Shown here: one piece after another, positions 38,101 to 46,714 of the stretch | Position numbering within the stretch: the first letter of the stretch is position 1 | Layout: each line of letters starts with the position of its first letter | IMG/VR virus record: IMGVR_UViG_2585427716_000002 | Span: 32,001-96,000 of that record | Source: a virus | Lineage: Duplodnaviria; Caudoviricetes | Strand: one strand, 5' to 3' | Length of the DNA stretch: 64,000 nucleotides | Notes under the pieces: model-generated | What the model saw: only the letters and a program-made list of their open reading frames with translations | What the model was told of the DNA's origin: nothing | Databases searched by the model: none | Translations under genes and position numbers: made by a program

Positions 38101-40405
38101 CACCCGTACCCATAGCATTCATATCATCTAAAAATGACATAATTTTGGAGTAGTGGTAACCGCCACCTTCGTCTAGCATAATCTTAGCAATTTCATCTTC
38201 ACCGGTACGGCCACCATTAGTCACCTTAGCAGTATCTTTAAGAATATCAATAAGACTTCTACGTTCTTTTAAACCGAGATCGTTAGTTTTATAGACGTCA
38301 ATACCTTTACCTTGTAAATCGTCTACAACAGTAGGCAATGTTACACGAGAAGCAAGTGTTTTAAACATGTTACCTACTACTTCACCTGTTTGTCCCGACC
38401 GTTGAATAGCAATGGCATTTAAAGCTACCGCTTGATCTGCGGATACTCCCGAAGCATTTAAAGCAGATCCTGAACGTGTCATTGCTTTCATTACTTCGTC
38501 GGAAGTAGATTTAGTTTTATTTGTAGCGACTGCAAAAGCTGATACGACATCGTTAAGTTCCCACACAGACAACTTAAACTGTGCCATTATTGCCTCTAAA
38601 CCCGGTGCGATAGTCCCAACCAAATCAGACTCATTATCTAACCGATAAATTTTTGCTGCTTGGTCAGTAAACATTTTGGCCTCTTCTTTATCCTCTGTTA
38701 GACGAGAAGCAACCGCCGCTACCTGAGACATCTTCCCATAATCAAGCGCATAGAAATTAGACATTTGTTTGACGTCGCCCATCATTTCTTTCAGGTCCGT
38801 GTCAACTGAACCCCAGTCTGTTTGTCCATTACTGTTTGTGTATGCGTCCTTTAGGGACATGTTCTGCATGATTTTAAGTTGCTCTTCTTGGGATGTTCGG
38901 AATGTCTCAACAGCCTGATACATCGCCATCATAGGAGCACCTACCATCGAACCTGCTACTATGTGACGAACAGTGTTTGTCACTGCCCCCTCTAAACCAA
39001 AATTATTAAAGTGGTCGTCCCGACGAGCATATGGGTCAGAATATGTCGGAGCGGAATCCTTCTTAGTGCTGTTGTTGTTTATCACCGTGTTATTGTAAAC
39101 ATTGCCGCCACTGCCGCTGTTAGACATAGAGCGTAAACGTCCATTCCGGTTAATCGCTCTTGGCTCAGCAGTAACGGAACCTACCTCAGATCTCATGTAC
39201 TCGAATTGTTTGTCAATAGACTCTCTAATCTTTTTGACAATGTCGTTATTCAACTTATTAATCTCATGGATCAGATAATGTTTAATGCTGTCGCTTGGTT
39301 CAATTTCTACAGCACGGACTGATTGCTTTAATTGACTCATCAGTTTACTAGTGCCTGATGTTATCTTACTGTTTATAGTTTTCTCCAAACTCCCAAACTG
39401 TCTCTGCAACTCGTAGCTGCGTGCAGATCCTGTATCGATTGTCCCCAGTGTCTTATTTAACTCTGCTGGCGACACCTTCAAGTCATCAGCAATATACTGC
39501 TGCAATCTCTTAGACAGAGTCTTCATCGGGACTTCTACTGTACGAGGATCAATTCTTTCGATACCACTACGCATGGATTTAGCGTAGCTCTCAACGACAT
39601 TGTCGATTCTCTTAGTTGTCCTTAGAATCTCATCCTCTATCTTGTTGTCCTTCTTACCGACCCCATCAAAGTTGAAATTCAAAGATTCTTTAACCTTGTC
39701 CTTTATCTTCGAAACCATCTGCGAGATGTCTCGCTGTGAGATCTTCAATGTCTGTCCATCAATATCTACATCAGGATTTAGCAACAAAGGCTTTAGCTGT
39801 TCCTTTATACTAAGTATAATATGTTTAACAGTCTCTTTGGAAACGTCCAATTCAAGACCTGATAAATGATCTTTATTGATCATTTCCCCGCCATTCTTCC
39901 GAAGTGACGAGACTAGGTTTTTAACTTGGATCTTCACTAACCTAGCGATCTCTTTATTTAACTCATCGAACTCATCTTTTCCAATTGGGATTGTTCCAGT
40001 GTTGTAGTTCGGGTCTATTTTTACATTTATGTTCCCAATCTGTTTTAGGATTGCCCGATTCAATTCAGCGTCCACTCTCGCAAACAAGTTACGGACTGTG
40101 TCTTGCCTAATTTTGAGAGGTGCTGTACCTATAGAAGATAAAGCTGCTCCGTTAGTGGACACGATGTTGCTTAGTTCTTGTTCAAGCTGCTTCCTAAGAT
40201 TACTCCCTGTAGATTTGGAGGCCTGAGTAGAAAGAGCAGACAGGGAATTTTTCATGGAGTCGATACGTTGGTCTAGTCTTCCGAAACGAGCGTCAAGCAA
40301 CTCCATCTGCTCACCAAATGCTTGTATGTTAGCAATAGACTTATGGAACTCGAGGACAACATCTGCCCCAATACCCATTCCTTTTCCTTGCACTTCATCA
40401 CTCAT
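35111..40405 (-). CDS. Tape measure protein (TP901-like core)
   Basis: 1764 aa, helical; AMTRSGSAL...GEVVGNMFKTL core; follows the tail chaperones. Confidence 0.9.
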   Translation of the reverse strand: MSDEVQGKGMGIGADVVLEFHKSIANIQAFGEQMELLDARFGRLDQRIDSMKNSLSALSTQASKSTGSNLRKQLEQELSNIVSTNGAALSSIGTAPLKIRQDTVRNLFARVDAELNRAILKQIGNINVKIDPNYNTGTIPIGKDEFDELNKEIARLVKIQVKNLVSSLRKNGGEMINKDHLSGLELDVSKETVKHIILSIKEQLKPLLLNPDVDIDGQTLKISQRDISQMVSKIKDKVKESLNFNFDGVGKKDNKIEDEILRTTKRIDNVVESYAKSMRSGIERIDPRTVEVPMKTLSKRLQQYIADDLKVSPAELNKTLGTIDTGSARSYELQRQFGSLEKTINSKITSGTSKLMSQLKQSVRAVEIEPSDSIKHYLIHEINKLNNDIVKKIRESIDKQFEYMRSEVGSVTAEPRAINRNGRLRSMSNSGSGGNVYNNTVINNNSTKKDSAPTYSDPYARRDDHFNNFGLEGAVTNTVRHIVAGSMVGAPMMAMYQAVETFRTSQEEQLKIMQNMSLKDAYTNSNGQTDWGSVDTDLKEMMGDVKQMSNFYALDYGKMSQVAAVASRLTEDKEEAKMFTDQAAKIYRLDNESDLVGTIAPGLEAIMAQFKLSVWELNDVVSAFAVATNKTKSTSDEVMKAMTRSGSALNASGVSADQAVALNAIAIQRSGQTGEVVGNMFKTLASRVTLPTVVDDLQGKGIDVYKTNDLGLKERRSLIDILKDTAKVTNGGRTGEDEIAKIMLDEGGGYHYSKIMSFLDDMNAMGTGDLNFFNMMKQIEDFQKNPDKLATMLSKTMDAPTVNMERAGISMDNALTSILEEMSPEIQMLSKNITNLAHGLEDNAETIANVIGVLTNALIGFGAMYGVKKLGQWGKYDEHKTNAEMRRNYFGETGLSGRQKYGATRFMDEYILDKSDTGKKASQNMSDRKFFNTAMKNDTLRPYFEELANLDRDRQREIRQYVKDKGRAGNVTDLLSIMDESRGYRQNKPGMTVDEVHQRSSFNATNLMNSRALEAVFDREFAAELVNSLQDRNKFDNLDSKDRNTAGKLADMDDNKRKDFESFLNQNYSGTGKAIKDMDELNQAMQKYEERTRRNASATRQGTESYRDLSRAVRDVGNEAERASRNRMDSFLNLLDSIPDRARGAGGAIMGIARNIGSFAKQLGVALAVGDVIGEISQNSLLTDGQKDIRDYRNSKNEAAKEYASFEKGGGLLGEFTSLQQFSKGTVLYWNQLKDMFLGNTSVGMDDVQNFKGEFESWMKEKYGTSDWKKAVNKANEEAKAKDKYADPVTLDDLTKNYLDESGSNNKLQKMEEKEFIKQYKEYAISEAEQAERKRKAEEARKAWENQMYDDGQLQWFSVDQMKTRIEERVQDVQSQNSLTQMSALLNGMKSDSEEYLQIRLEAIRKERKAYQEEIDALNQFVKEREEALRELQSKGKGKGSKEYASAKDALDEAKSKQKEVNKEFEPKMKELALEEQRTKVDGYLTIMQNNVSRSSAQKQYMDTLNSISMNTDTPQFYDAQIGNDQSLISSLQSELSNLEAQNMADPDNKLGDAMQSLRQQIASAQLEVKNLRLQRLQAWKNPFNNSMDDMEIKYMQERVNLGPGVSDDSFLARDLRIRELQERKSLVDKTLAQRRADLGNYSKGSSEYEQVMKDIRDLTKQSLQAQLGIHQELKSQMGGTFNLPDGVSAMSQYDYMARKGSHSNFTVQSGDMYVNITLPNVTDKTGSKQLSDLGRSLGQGLADGRSQALRTQLNSGPLGYRSF

Positions 40406-40468
40406 TTCCTCACCACCCTGTTTATAAACTAAAACCTGCCTTTCCAGTAGCTAGAAAAGCAGGGATAA

Positions 40469-40810
40469 TTACAAGATACTCGCTAACCACTCCATGTCCT
40501 CGACATCAGCTACTTCGTACCCGTCAATAACTTGTTTTCCATCCTCATTGACATACGTTCCTGTCTGTTCGCTGGAGTTTGAAGAACCTCCACCAAACAG
40601 TCCTGAAAAAGCCATAGAGTTGACTTTCACAGTAAACTCAATATGTTTACGACACTTTTTAAGGTAGTAATTCAGCTGAGGTAGGGTTAGCTCCCAAACA
40701 TCCTGTTTTTTGAAACCTAAGTAATGACCTAAGTTGAAGAATATTTCCGCCCAGTCGACATGGGCTTGTTCATCATAATTTTTTTCTTCTTCCTCAGAGT
40801 CTATAACGAC
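40469..40810 (-). CDS. Tail assembly chaperone gpT part (-1 frameshift extension)
   Basis: Open frame VVIDSEEE...DVWELTLPQL...WLASIL* entered through A AAA AAG at 40810-40816. Confidence 0.8.
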   Translation of the reverse strand, partial: VVIDSEEEEKNYDEQAHVDWAEIFFNLGHYLGFKKQDVWELTLPQLNYYLKKCRKHIEFTVKVNSMAFSGLFGGGSSNSSEQTGTYVNEDGKQVIDGYEVADVEDMEWLASIL

Positions 40811-41292
40811 TTTTTTAGCCCATTCAGACCAATCATGATGTCGATAATCTCTTTAGCAGAAACAATGTCAACATATTTCCCAAGATATTCAGCAGTCATG
40901 TTGGGGTAGTAAGGTTTAAAAGCCATAAGCAGTACATCAAGCAGTTCCTCATAACTATCTTTCCCCTCATCGTCCGCAATTAAGTTAGCAATAATCACAC
41001 CTGTATCGATAGTGTTTAGTTTCTTCATTAAATTTTTAGCGTCAAGTAGCCCTAGCGGAGGAATTTTATAACTGATACCGTCCCTAAGTCGTACTGATTC
41101 GTCTTCCTCAAAGAATACCTTTTCGATGAACTCTGATTCTTCTTTGGATAGAGGCGCAGGAGTCTCTTCTTTAACTTGTGTTGCTTGCATGTCGCCTTCT
41201 TGATTCTGTATATCAACTGTTTTTTGTTGACTTTCTACAACCGGTTGTTCTCCGGCCCTGTTAGGAATTGCAATATTACGATGTTCAGCCAT
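40801..41292 (-). CDS. Tail assembly chaperone gpG
   Basis: Lies between the tail tube and TMP genes and ends at a slippery heptamer. Confidence 0.85.
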   Translation of the reverse strand: MAEHRNIAIPNRAGEQPVVESQQKTVDIQNQEGDMQATQVKEETPAPLSKEESEFIEKVFFEEDESVRLRDGISYKIPPLGLLDAKNLMKKLNTIDTGVIIANLIADDEGKDSYEELLDVLLMAFKPYYPNMTAEYLGKYVDIVSAKEIIDIMIGLNGLKKSL

Positions 41293-41372
41293 ATCTATTC
41301 CCTCCTATTAATTAATCCCCTATCTATCACCAAAGAGCGAAAAGCAGGGGAATCTCAAATGCTCTCAGGATC

Positions 41373-41401
41373 AATATAAGGAAGTACGTACAAATCGTAA
41401 C
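41373..41401 (-). promoter_or_regulatory. Phage-type promoter GTTA-N17-CTTATATT
   Basis: Copy of the repeated motif. Confidence 0.6.
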
Positions 41402-41416
41402 ACCCTCAAGAAAAGC

Positions 41417-41443
41417 AAAAACCCCGCACCAAGTGCAGGGTTT
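41417..41443 (-). terminator. Terminator after the major tail gene
   Basis: AAAACCC.GCAC-CAA-GTGC.GGGTTTT. Confidence 0.7.
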
Positions 41444-41451
41444 GATTATTT

Positions 41452-42543
41452 TTAGCAGATGTCCCCATCCGCATTGATTTGATAACGTTTCATTGAACCA
41501 AGACGTTCATCAGAACGTTCGGGATCAATTACTGTTAGCGTTACCGAATGAGTAGCAGCAGTTTGTCGGGCAGCGTCCAATGTAAAGTTGGATTTTACAC
41601 GGCAAGCGTACAACTCAGTTTGATACCCTTGAATAGAACCGTCTTTCTGTTCAAATTGACCATCGTGCACTACTGAAACAGTGAGAGGAAAATCTTTCGC
41701 TCCAATAGCCATTACGTCGACCACCTCAGGACGTTTATAGTTCACGTATACTTGCTCACCATCCAAGTAGTCATTAAAGGTTACCTCACCAGTCGATGGA
41801 TCGATGACGTACTCTCCTTCACCAGGGTTACCTGTTACTTTCTTTAGTAGTTTGTTCTCTTTGGTTAAGCGGATAGAGACGTGCTCAGTTTTACTTGAAG
41901 CAGACCCTAATGCTCCACCAAACAAAGGGTGTTTCAATTGAACTTTGCTTCCTTTGACGTCATGCTTCTCTTCTAAGACCCACACAAATCCATCAGGATC
42001 AATAGAAGAAGCAGATACCGGGTAATAAACAACAATTTCATCACCTGCTACAGCACCACTAGACAGTGTAACTGTAGAGCCGGAAGATTTAACATCGCTC
42101 TCTGATACAAAAGATCCTGCTGTTTGGTTGAACGCCTGTACTTTTGGTGCCCCTGAGCTAGTTAGGATAGGGTTAGACACGGTAACTGTGATTTTGCCCT
42201 CTCCATCGTCAGTAGCTGTAACAGCTTCGTTTTTAAGTTCGTAAGGTAGGCCACTTACACCTTCTCGCAGCTTGGCACCTAACACCAGACGGACCATATT
42301 CATGTCAAATTTAGCGTCTTCGGCTGTAATGTCAATGACCTTTTTACGCAAAAGTGTGTCGATTGGAGCGGATGTATCTCCACCTTCAACATCGACCATG
42401 TCTAACTGAATATCTAATCGCATATTAGTCATGTGCCCCAATGTGATTAAGTCATCACAACCTGGGATTTTAGCCATGAATTTACCTGCACCCTTAATAA
42501 TCATCTTTTTATTTTTACCGGAGAACTTATCAAACTGTGACAA
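41452..42543 (-). CDS. Major tail tube protein with inserted Ig-like domains
   Basis: Siphovirus synteny; IIKGAGK...LG...; no sheath gene is present. Confidence 0.78.
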   Translation of the reverse strand: MSQFDKFSGKNKKMIIKGAGKFMAKIPGCDDLITLGHMTNMRLDIQLDMVDVEGGDTSAPIDTLLRKKVIDITAEDAKFDMNMVRLVLGAKLREGVSGLPYELKNEAVTATDDGEGKITVTVSNPILTSSGAPKVQAFNQTAGSFVSESDVKSSGSTVTLSSGAVAGDEIVVYYPVSASSIDPDGFVWVLEEKHDVKGSKVQLKHPLFGGALGSASSKTEHVSIRLTKENKLLKKVTGNPGEGEYVIDPSTGEVTFNDYLDGEQVYVNYKRPEVVDVMAIGAKDFPLTVSVVHDGQFEQKDGSIQGYQTELYACRVKSNFTLDAARQTAATHSVTLTVIDPERSDERLGSMKRYQINADGDIC

Positions 42544-42549
42544 TTTGTC

Positions 42550-43119
42550 TCACCCCTCAATTCCGAATGTAAATTCTACTTGTGTAAAATACTTATAGGT
42601 GTTTTCAAGGTCAGTCTCATCCTCCGCTGAGGTTACAAAATGACCTTTGAAACTGCTTCCTTTAGACAACGGTAGGTATTTGCCATCAAAGAGATAGTTA
42701 ATTCGATCTGCTATCTCGATGGCTAACTCTACGTCATCATTTGTGTAAATGTCGAAGTCAAATGCAGTAACGTAAGATAAGTAATTCGTTAACTCTCTTT
42801 GCCCCGGCAGTTTGTAAAACGTGATTAATGGTAATTTACCGTCAACCAGTTCAACAGGATTCTTTCTTTTTTGAATTCGTAAAGCCATGTCTGTAGAGGT
42901 GGTTGATTCATCAAACCCCATCAATTTCCGAATGACTTCATCCTCCCTCAATGTCTTATGGATACAAGCATAGACATCAGAGATGTACAAGAAGGCCATC
43001 CAATCACATCCTTTTGTAGATGTTTGCAACACTAATATAAGAAGAGATCGGCACAGATTTAACAGCTTCGAGAACATACTCATCCAAATGCTTAGCACCT
43101 GTCCAAAAACCTCGTTCAA
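42550..43119 (-). CDS. Tail terminator (probable start MAFLY)
   Basis: PLITF, FDFDIYT, IADRINYLF pattern; synteny. Confidence 0.65.
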   Translation of the reverse strand: MNEVFGQVLSIWMSMFSKLLNLCRSLLILVLQTSTKGCDWMAFLYISDVYACIHKTLREDEVIRKLMGFDESTTSTDMALRIQKRKNPVELVDGKLPLITFYKLPGQRELTNYLSYVTAFDFDIYTNDDVELAIEIADRINYLFDGKYLPLSKGSSFKGHFVTSAEDETDLENTYKYFTQVEFTFGIEG

Positions 43120-43654
43120 ACCAGTGGCTAGCTTTTACCGGCTCCCCTCTTCTGGACATGGCAGATAAAGGTTTGGGCTTCCCTTTCGTCTTGGAGAAGT
43201 GTTCATTTCCTCCAGCGTCCTTCCACTTTCCGAAAGGTCGTGTCCACACTCTCTCGCCCACTCGCTTAGGACGAGCGATATTCCAATTTGGATCATCAGT
43301 TGGGCTGTAGCTCTTAGGAGGGTTCATTAAGGAGCCAGTACCGTATTCGTAGTAAACTAATCTAAAAGATTGATTGGGCTGGCTTTCGTAGCCAGCCCTA
43401 AATTGAGAGGTTATTGAGTGCGAGGTTTTAACAGACGCAAATCTAATAGAACTCTTCATTGCACTTACGTATTTCGAATCCAGCTCCCTAAAAGTAAGTG
43501 CCCCAAAATTCATTAGGATAGATTCAAATACTTCTTTCTCCACTTTATCTAAGGCTAGCTTTACGGCCGCTTCTATTGCTCTGATGTAATCAGCTTGGTT
43601 GAAACTTACAAACCTACCCATACAATCACTTCCTAATATCCTTTGCAACTTCAA
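43004..43654 (-). CDS. Tail completion/neck protein (HK97 gp10-like)
   Basis: YYEYGTG motif; synteny. Confidence 0.65.
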   Translation of the reverse strand: MKLQRILGSDCMGRFVSFNQADYIRAIEAAVKLALDKVEKEVFESILMNFGALTFRELDSKYVSAMKSSIRFASVKTSHSITSQFRAGYESQPNQSFRLVYYEYGTGSLMNPPKSYSPTDDPNWNIARPKRVGERVWTRPFGKWKDAGGNEHFSKTKGKPKPLSAMSRRGEPVKASHWFERGFWTGAKHLDEYVLEAVKSVPISSYISVANIYKRM

Positions 43655-44249
43655 TGACCACTAAATTAGGGAACGAGGTGTAGTCTAAAGACACTACTTT
43701 TAGTGAGAGGGTCTTTGATCTGTAACCAATCGTAATTTGATCAGTCAAATCTATATTTAAAGCGGTCGTGTATATACGATGTTCGGTTTCAGGATTAAGT
43801 CCAGGGTCAAACTGTCTTAACTCACTCCCCACATCCTCTAGGTAACACGGTATGTCCGTGTATTTTTCTCCGAAACTTGTCTTAATGTTCCCTCTATCAT
43901 CAGCAATCTTAGAATTCCCTCTCAATGTTATCTTGTGATTACATTTCATGAGGTTAGCGACTACAGATAAAGACCTGTTGCCGTCGTACTCTTGATGTGT
44001 AGTGACTACGACATAATCTTCTCTGTGGTTTTTATTAAGGACGAAGTCTCCTGAATCAATATCAAAATCAGGAAGAAAAATTCCTTCTTTTTGGCTCTCA
44101 GACATCTTCAAATTAGAGTTTGATCGTGCTGCTCTCCCTAAAAGCGCTTTAGTCTCCATGAGTGTTTCAGGTGAACCGTCAATATACCGTTGAACTTGAA
44201 CAGCGGTTCCGTATTTTCGAATTATTGTAGACTTATAACCTTTACTCAT
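43626..44249 (-). CDS. Head closure/neck protein
   Basis: Synteny; coupled to the upstream gene. Confidence 0.55.
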   Translation of the reverse strand: MSKGYKSTIIRKYGTAVQVQRYIDGSPETLMETKALLGRAARSNSNLKMSESQKEGIFLPDFDIDSGDFVLNKNHREDYVVVTTHQEYDGNRSLSVVANLMKCNHKITLRGNSKIADDRGNIKTSFGEKYTDIPCYLEDVGSELRQFDPGLNPETEHRIYTTALNIDLTDQITIGYRSKTLSLKVVSLDYTSFPNLVVIEVAKDIRK

Positions 44250-44697
44250 AACGTTCTCTCACCGCCCTTTTTGAAGGAGCAACCACAAACGTATTGGTGG
44301 TTCCGGCACCTGTGTAGCATTCAATACTATTTAAAAGACTGTCCGCTGTAGTAAGGAGATCGTCCTGTAAATCGTCATATTTAACAGGAGATCGTCTCCA
44401 GGTAACGTCTATTGTCTTCACTTCATACTCGACACGACCTTTGACAGTAGAGCATAGCTTTGAAGCTATTAAGTGGATCATGGCAATTCGTGCTTTTTCT
44501 TTATCGGCCTTGGGTACATCAGTACGGTCCAGGCATGGGACTAGACTTAGAACCTCCAATTCCGCTAAATCGAAGAATGCCGGATCTAAGATATCTTCAT
44601 CAGACAAAGTCTCAGAATCTACTCCTCCTAACAACCTACGGACCGATTCGATGAAGGCTAGATCAGTCACGGGATCTATGACAATGTTTAAAGCCAT
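44242..44697 (-). CDS. Head-tail adaptor
   Basis: VRRLLG...LSDEDI helical pattern; synteny. Confidence 0.6.
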   Translation of the reverse strand: MALNIVIDPVTDLAFIESVRRLLGGVDSETLSDEDILDPAFFDLAELEVLSLVPCLDRTDVPKADKEKARIAMIHLIASKLCSTVKGRVEYEVKTIDVTWRRSPVKYDDLQDDLLTTADSLLNSIECYTGAGTTNTFVVAPSKRAVRERYE

Positions 44698-44706
44698 CTA
44701 AATCAC

Positions 44707-45192
44707 CTACTCTAATTCGGAAATTTTCACCTCAGGTTGACTTGCGGCCATTAAATTGACTACAGCAACATCTTTGAAGACTTTCCCCTCACCTTTAAGA
44801 AGGCGTTGGTCCTTGTCTCCCACCTGAACTTCACCTGCATTTACGTAAACATCACCATTACCTAAGTTTTCAACCTTCAATGAGACATTTTCGTTTTTTG
44901 CATGGTAAATAAATTCTGTAAAGATACCCAGCTGATGGACTGTTTCAGTTACAACCTTGTCATTGGATTCTTCACTTTCTTCACTCGCAGGGGCGTCTTC
45001 GGTGATTTCAGAAACCTCTTTAGTTTCAGTTGATTCATCACCAACCTCTGTCGACGACTCTAGCTCCTGCACCATTTCCTCTAAAGCCTCAGTCTCCAAT
45101 TTCTTTAGGTTTGTTTTAGTATCTACTCCCGCTTTATAAAGCTCTTCAACCATTTCTGTTTTTGTCGCCATTTGTTGTGCCTCCTTATTCAA
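44707..45192 (-). CDS. Hypothetical head-associated protein
   Basis: Short helical N-terminus, acidic linker and beta C-domain. Confidence 0.55.
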   Translation of the reverse strand: MNKEAQQMATKTEMVEELYKAGVDTKTNLKKLETEALEEMVQELESSTEVGDESTETKEVSEITEDAPASEESEESNDKVVTETVHQLGIFTEFIYHAKNENVSLKVENLGNGDVYVNAGEVQVGDKDQRLLKGEGKVFKDVAVVNLMAASQPEVKISELE

Positions 45193-45200
45193 TCGTTATT

Positions 45201-45244
45201 AAAAAAAGAGGTGGGTAGGGAGTCTACCCTTTGCCCACCTCTTT
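45201..45244 (-). terminator. Terminator after the major capsid gene
   Basis: AAAGAGGTGGG...CCCACCTCTTT with a long T-run on the minus strand. Confidence 0.75.
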
Positions 45245-45269
45245 CATGCCAAAAGAATGTCGTATTCTA

Positions 45270-46283
45270 TTACGTTAATGGGTTAACGATGTCAGGTAGT
45301 ACGATAGCGCCAAGATCGGATGTAATCTTTTGACCGTACCATTCCTCAGTCTCAATCCATAGGGTTTTAGAATCTTCTGAGTAGTATTCACGAGTCTTTT
45401 GATTACCTACAACATTGGCTTGCGGGTTTGTCCATTGGTACGTATAGGCAGCGGCAGGGATATCACGTGCTGCTCCCTTCGGTAAGTACATAAGAACGGC
45501 ATTGTTGCCCCAAATGTAGTTAGTCATACCACCTTGCCCAACTCGACGTTGGTTGCTTGTCGCTCTACGGGCATTAGCTACAATTAGGTTGTCTACCCCA
45601 AGTAACTGTTTGATAGCTTCATCAGATACCATCTCAGGAGATGTAAAACCAGCCAAGGTAGATTTCAACTTCGGATGGAATTTTAGAATGTTGTACACAG
45701 GTTTTGATAATACAAGTGTATTCATGTCCATACCGCCGAGACGCTCTACCTTCTCTCGAAGTTTAAAGACATCCTTCATTGGATCGGAATTTTCATAGTC
45801 AGACCATTTAATCAAGTCAGCTGTTGCGGATTCACCAACAGATACCCTAAGGTCCTTATGGAAATTGTTTTGATTTGTCATCAGATTTGCCGTATTAATC
45901 TCTTTATTTAGAAGCAACTTCGCTTTAACCTGTTTTGCGGCCATCTCTTTCAAGTTGAAGATAGCGTCTTCGTCAGCGTTTGCGATCTCTTCATCGTATA
46001 GTGCGTAACGTTTTGCATAGCCTTCTGCGTAGTAGGCGTCCTCACTCCATCCAGTACGCATTTCAGAAGCGACTGTACCAGGCGCTCTTCGGATGTCGTC
46101 ATCCGCAACCATGTGGTCCTGATAATCAAAAACCATGTACTTGTCTGATTGTTTCTGGACCTCGACAATCGGTACTACCTGCTCACCAATAAAGTTCTGT
46201 GTATCTGTATAAGAAACAGAAATGTTGGTCAAAAACTGATCGTAGTGTGTGTTCTTAATATTATGCTGACCATGTGTTGGCAT
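45270..46283 (-). CDS. Major capsid protein (lambda gpE-like family)
   Basis: LTNISVSY, RAPG, KWSDYENSDP, NTLVL...HP, YIWG; synteny. Confidence 0.88.
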   Translation of the reverse strand: MPTHGQHNIKNTHYDQFLTNISVSYTDTQNFIGEQVVPIVEVQKQSDKYMVFDYQDHMVADDDIRRAPGTVASEMRTGWSEDAYYAEGYAKRYALYDEEIANADEDAIFNLKEMAAKQVKAKLLLNKEINTANLMTNQNNFHKDLRVSVGESATADLIKWSDYENSDPMKDVFKLREKVERLGGMDMNTLVLSKPVYNILKFHPKLKSTLAGFTSPEMVSDEAIKQLLGVDNLIVANARRATSNQRRVGQGGMTNYIWGNNAVLMYLPKGAARDIPAAAYTYQWTNPQANVVGNQKTREYYSEDSKTLWIETEEWYGQKITSDLGAIVLPDIVNPLT

Positions 46284-46298
46284 TAATTGTTACCTCCC

Positions 46299-46700
46299 TT
46301 AAACAGTTTTAGCACGAGGACGAATCAAGACTTGGACTTTATCCCCCGCATTCACTGAATTTTGTGCTTCACCTAGAATATTTGCGACAGTTCCTTCCGT
46401 TAGGCCTGCGGCCCGTTTTGCTTTTCCTCCAGCGGCTACAATAACCTCTTCACCGAAGGCGATTGGCTCTACAGCTTCGATTTGAGCAATACGGTCTAAC
46501 TGAACAGCTACTGTCCCGCCATCTCGGTCCTCATATTGATAAGAGACAATCCCTACAGGGATTAAATTATCTTCCTTAGGGACCTCTACCTCACGCATTT
46601 TGCCACTATAAACAACAGCTTGATCAATGCCAACTGTTGTAAATGTCTCGTTAGCACGGAATGTATAAGGTCTCTGAAAACCAGTTACGTTACCTGCCAT
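46299..46700 (-). CDS. Capsid decoration/cement protein
   Basis: 133 aa; PVGIV...G..V...GKA...LGEA..AGD.V.VL; immediately before the capsid gene. Confidence 0.7.
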   Translation of the reverse strand: MAGNVTGFQRPYTFRANETFTTVGIDQAVVYSGKMREVEVPKEDNLIPVGIVSYQYEDRDGGTVAVQLDRIAQIEAVEPIAFGEEVIVAAGGKAKRAAGLTEGTVANILGEAQNSVNAGDKVQVLIRPRAKTV

Positions 46701-46714
46701 CTCCTATTTCCCCC

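Noticed and set aside
40454-41350. GAAAAGCAGGG 11-mer on both sides of the tail chaperone genes
   Set aside because: Short, only two copies, one within a terminator stem; may be chance.
41452-42543. Contractile-tail (myovirus) interpretation
   Set aside because: No sheath or baseplate-wedge genes were recognised between the neck genes and TMP.
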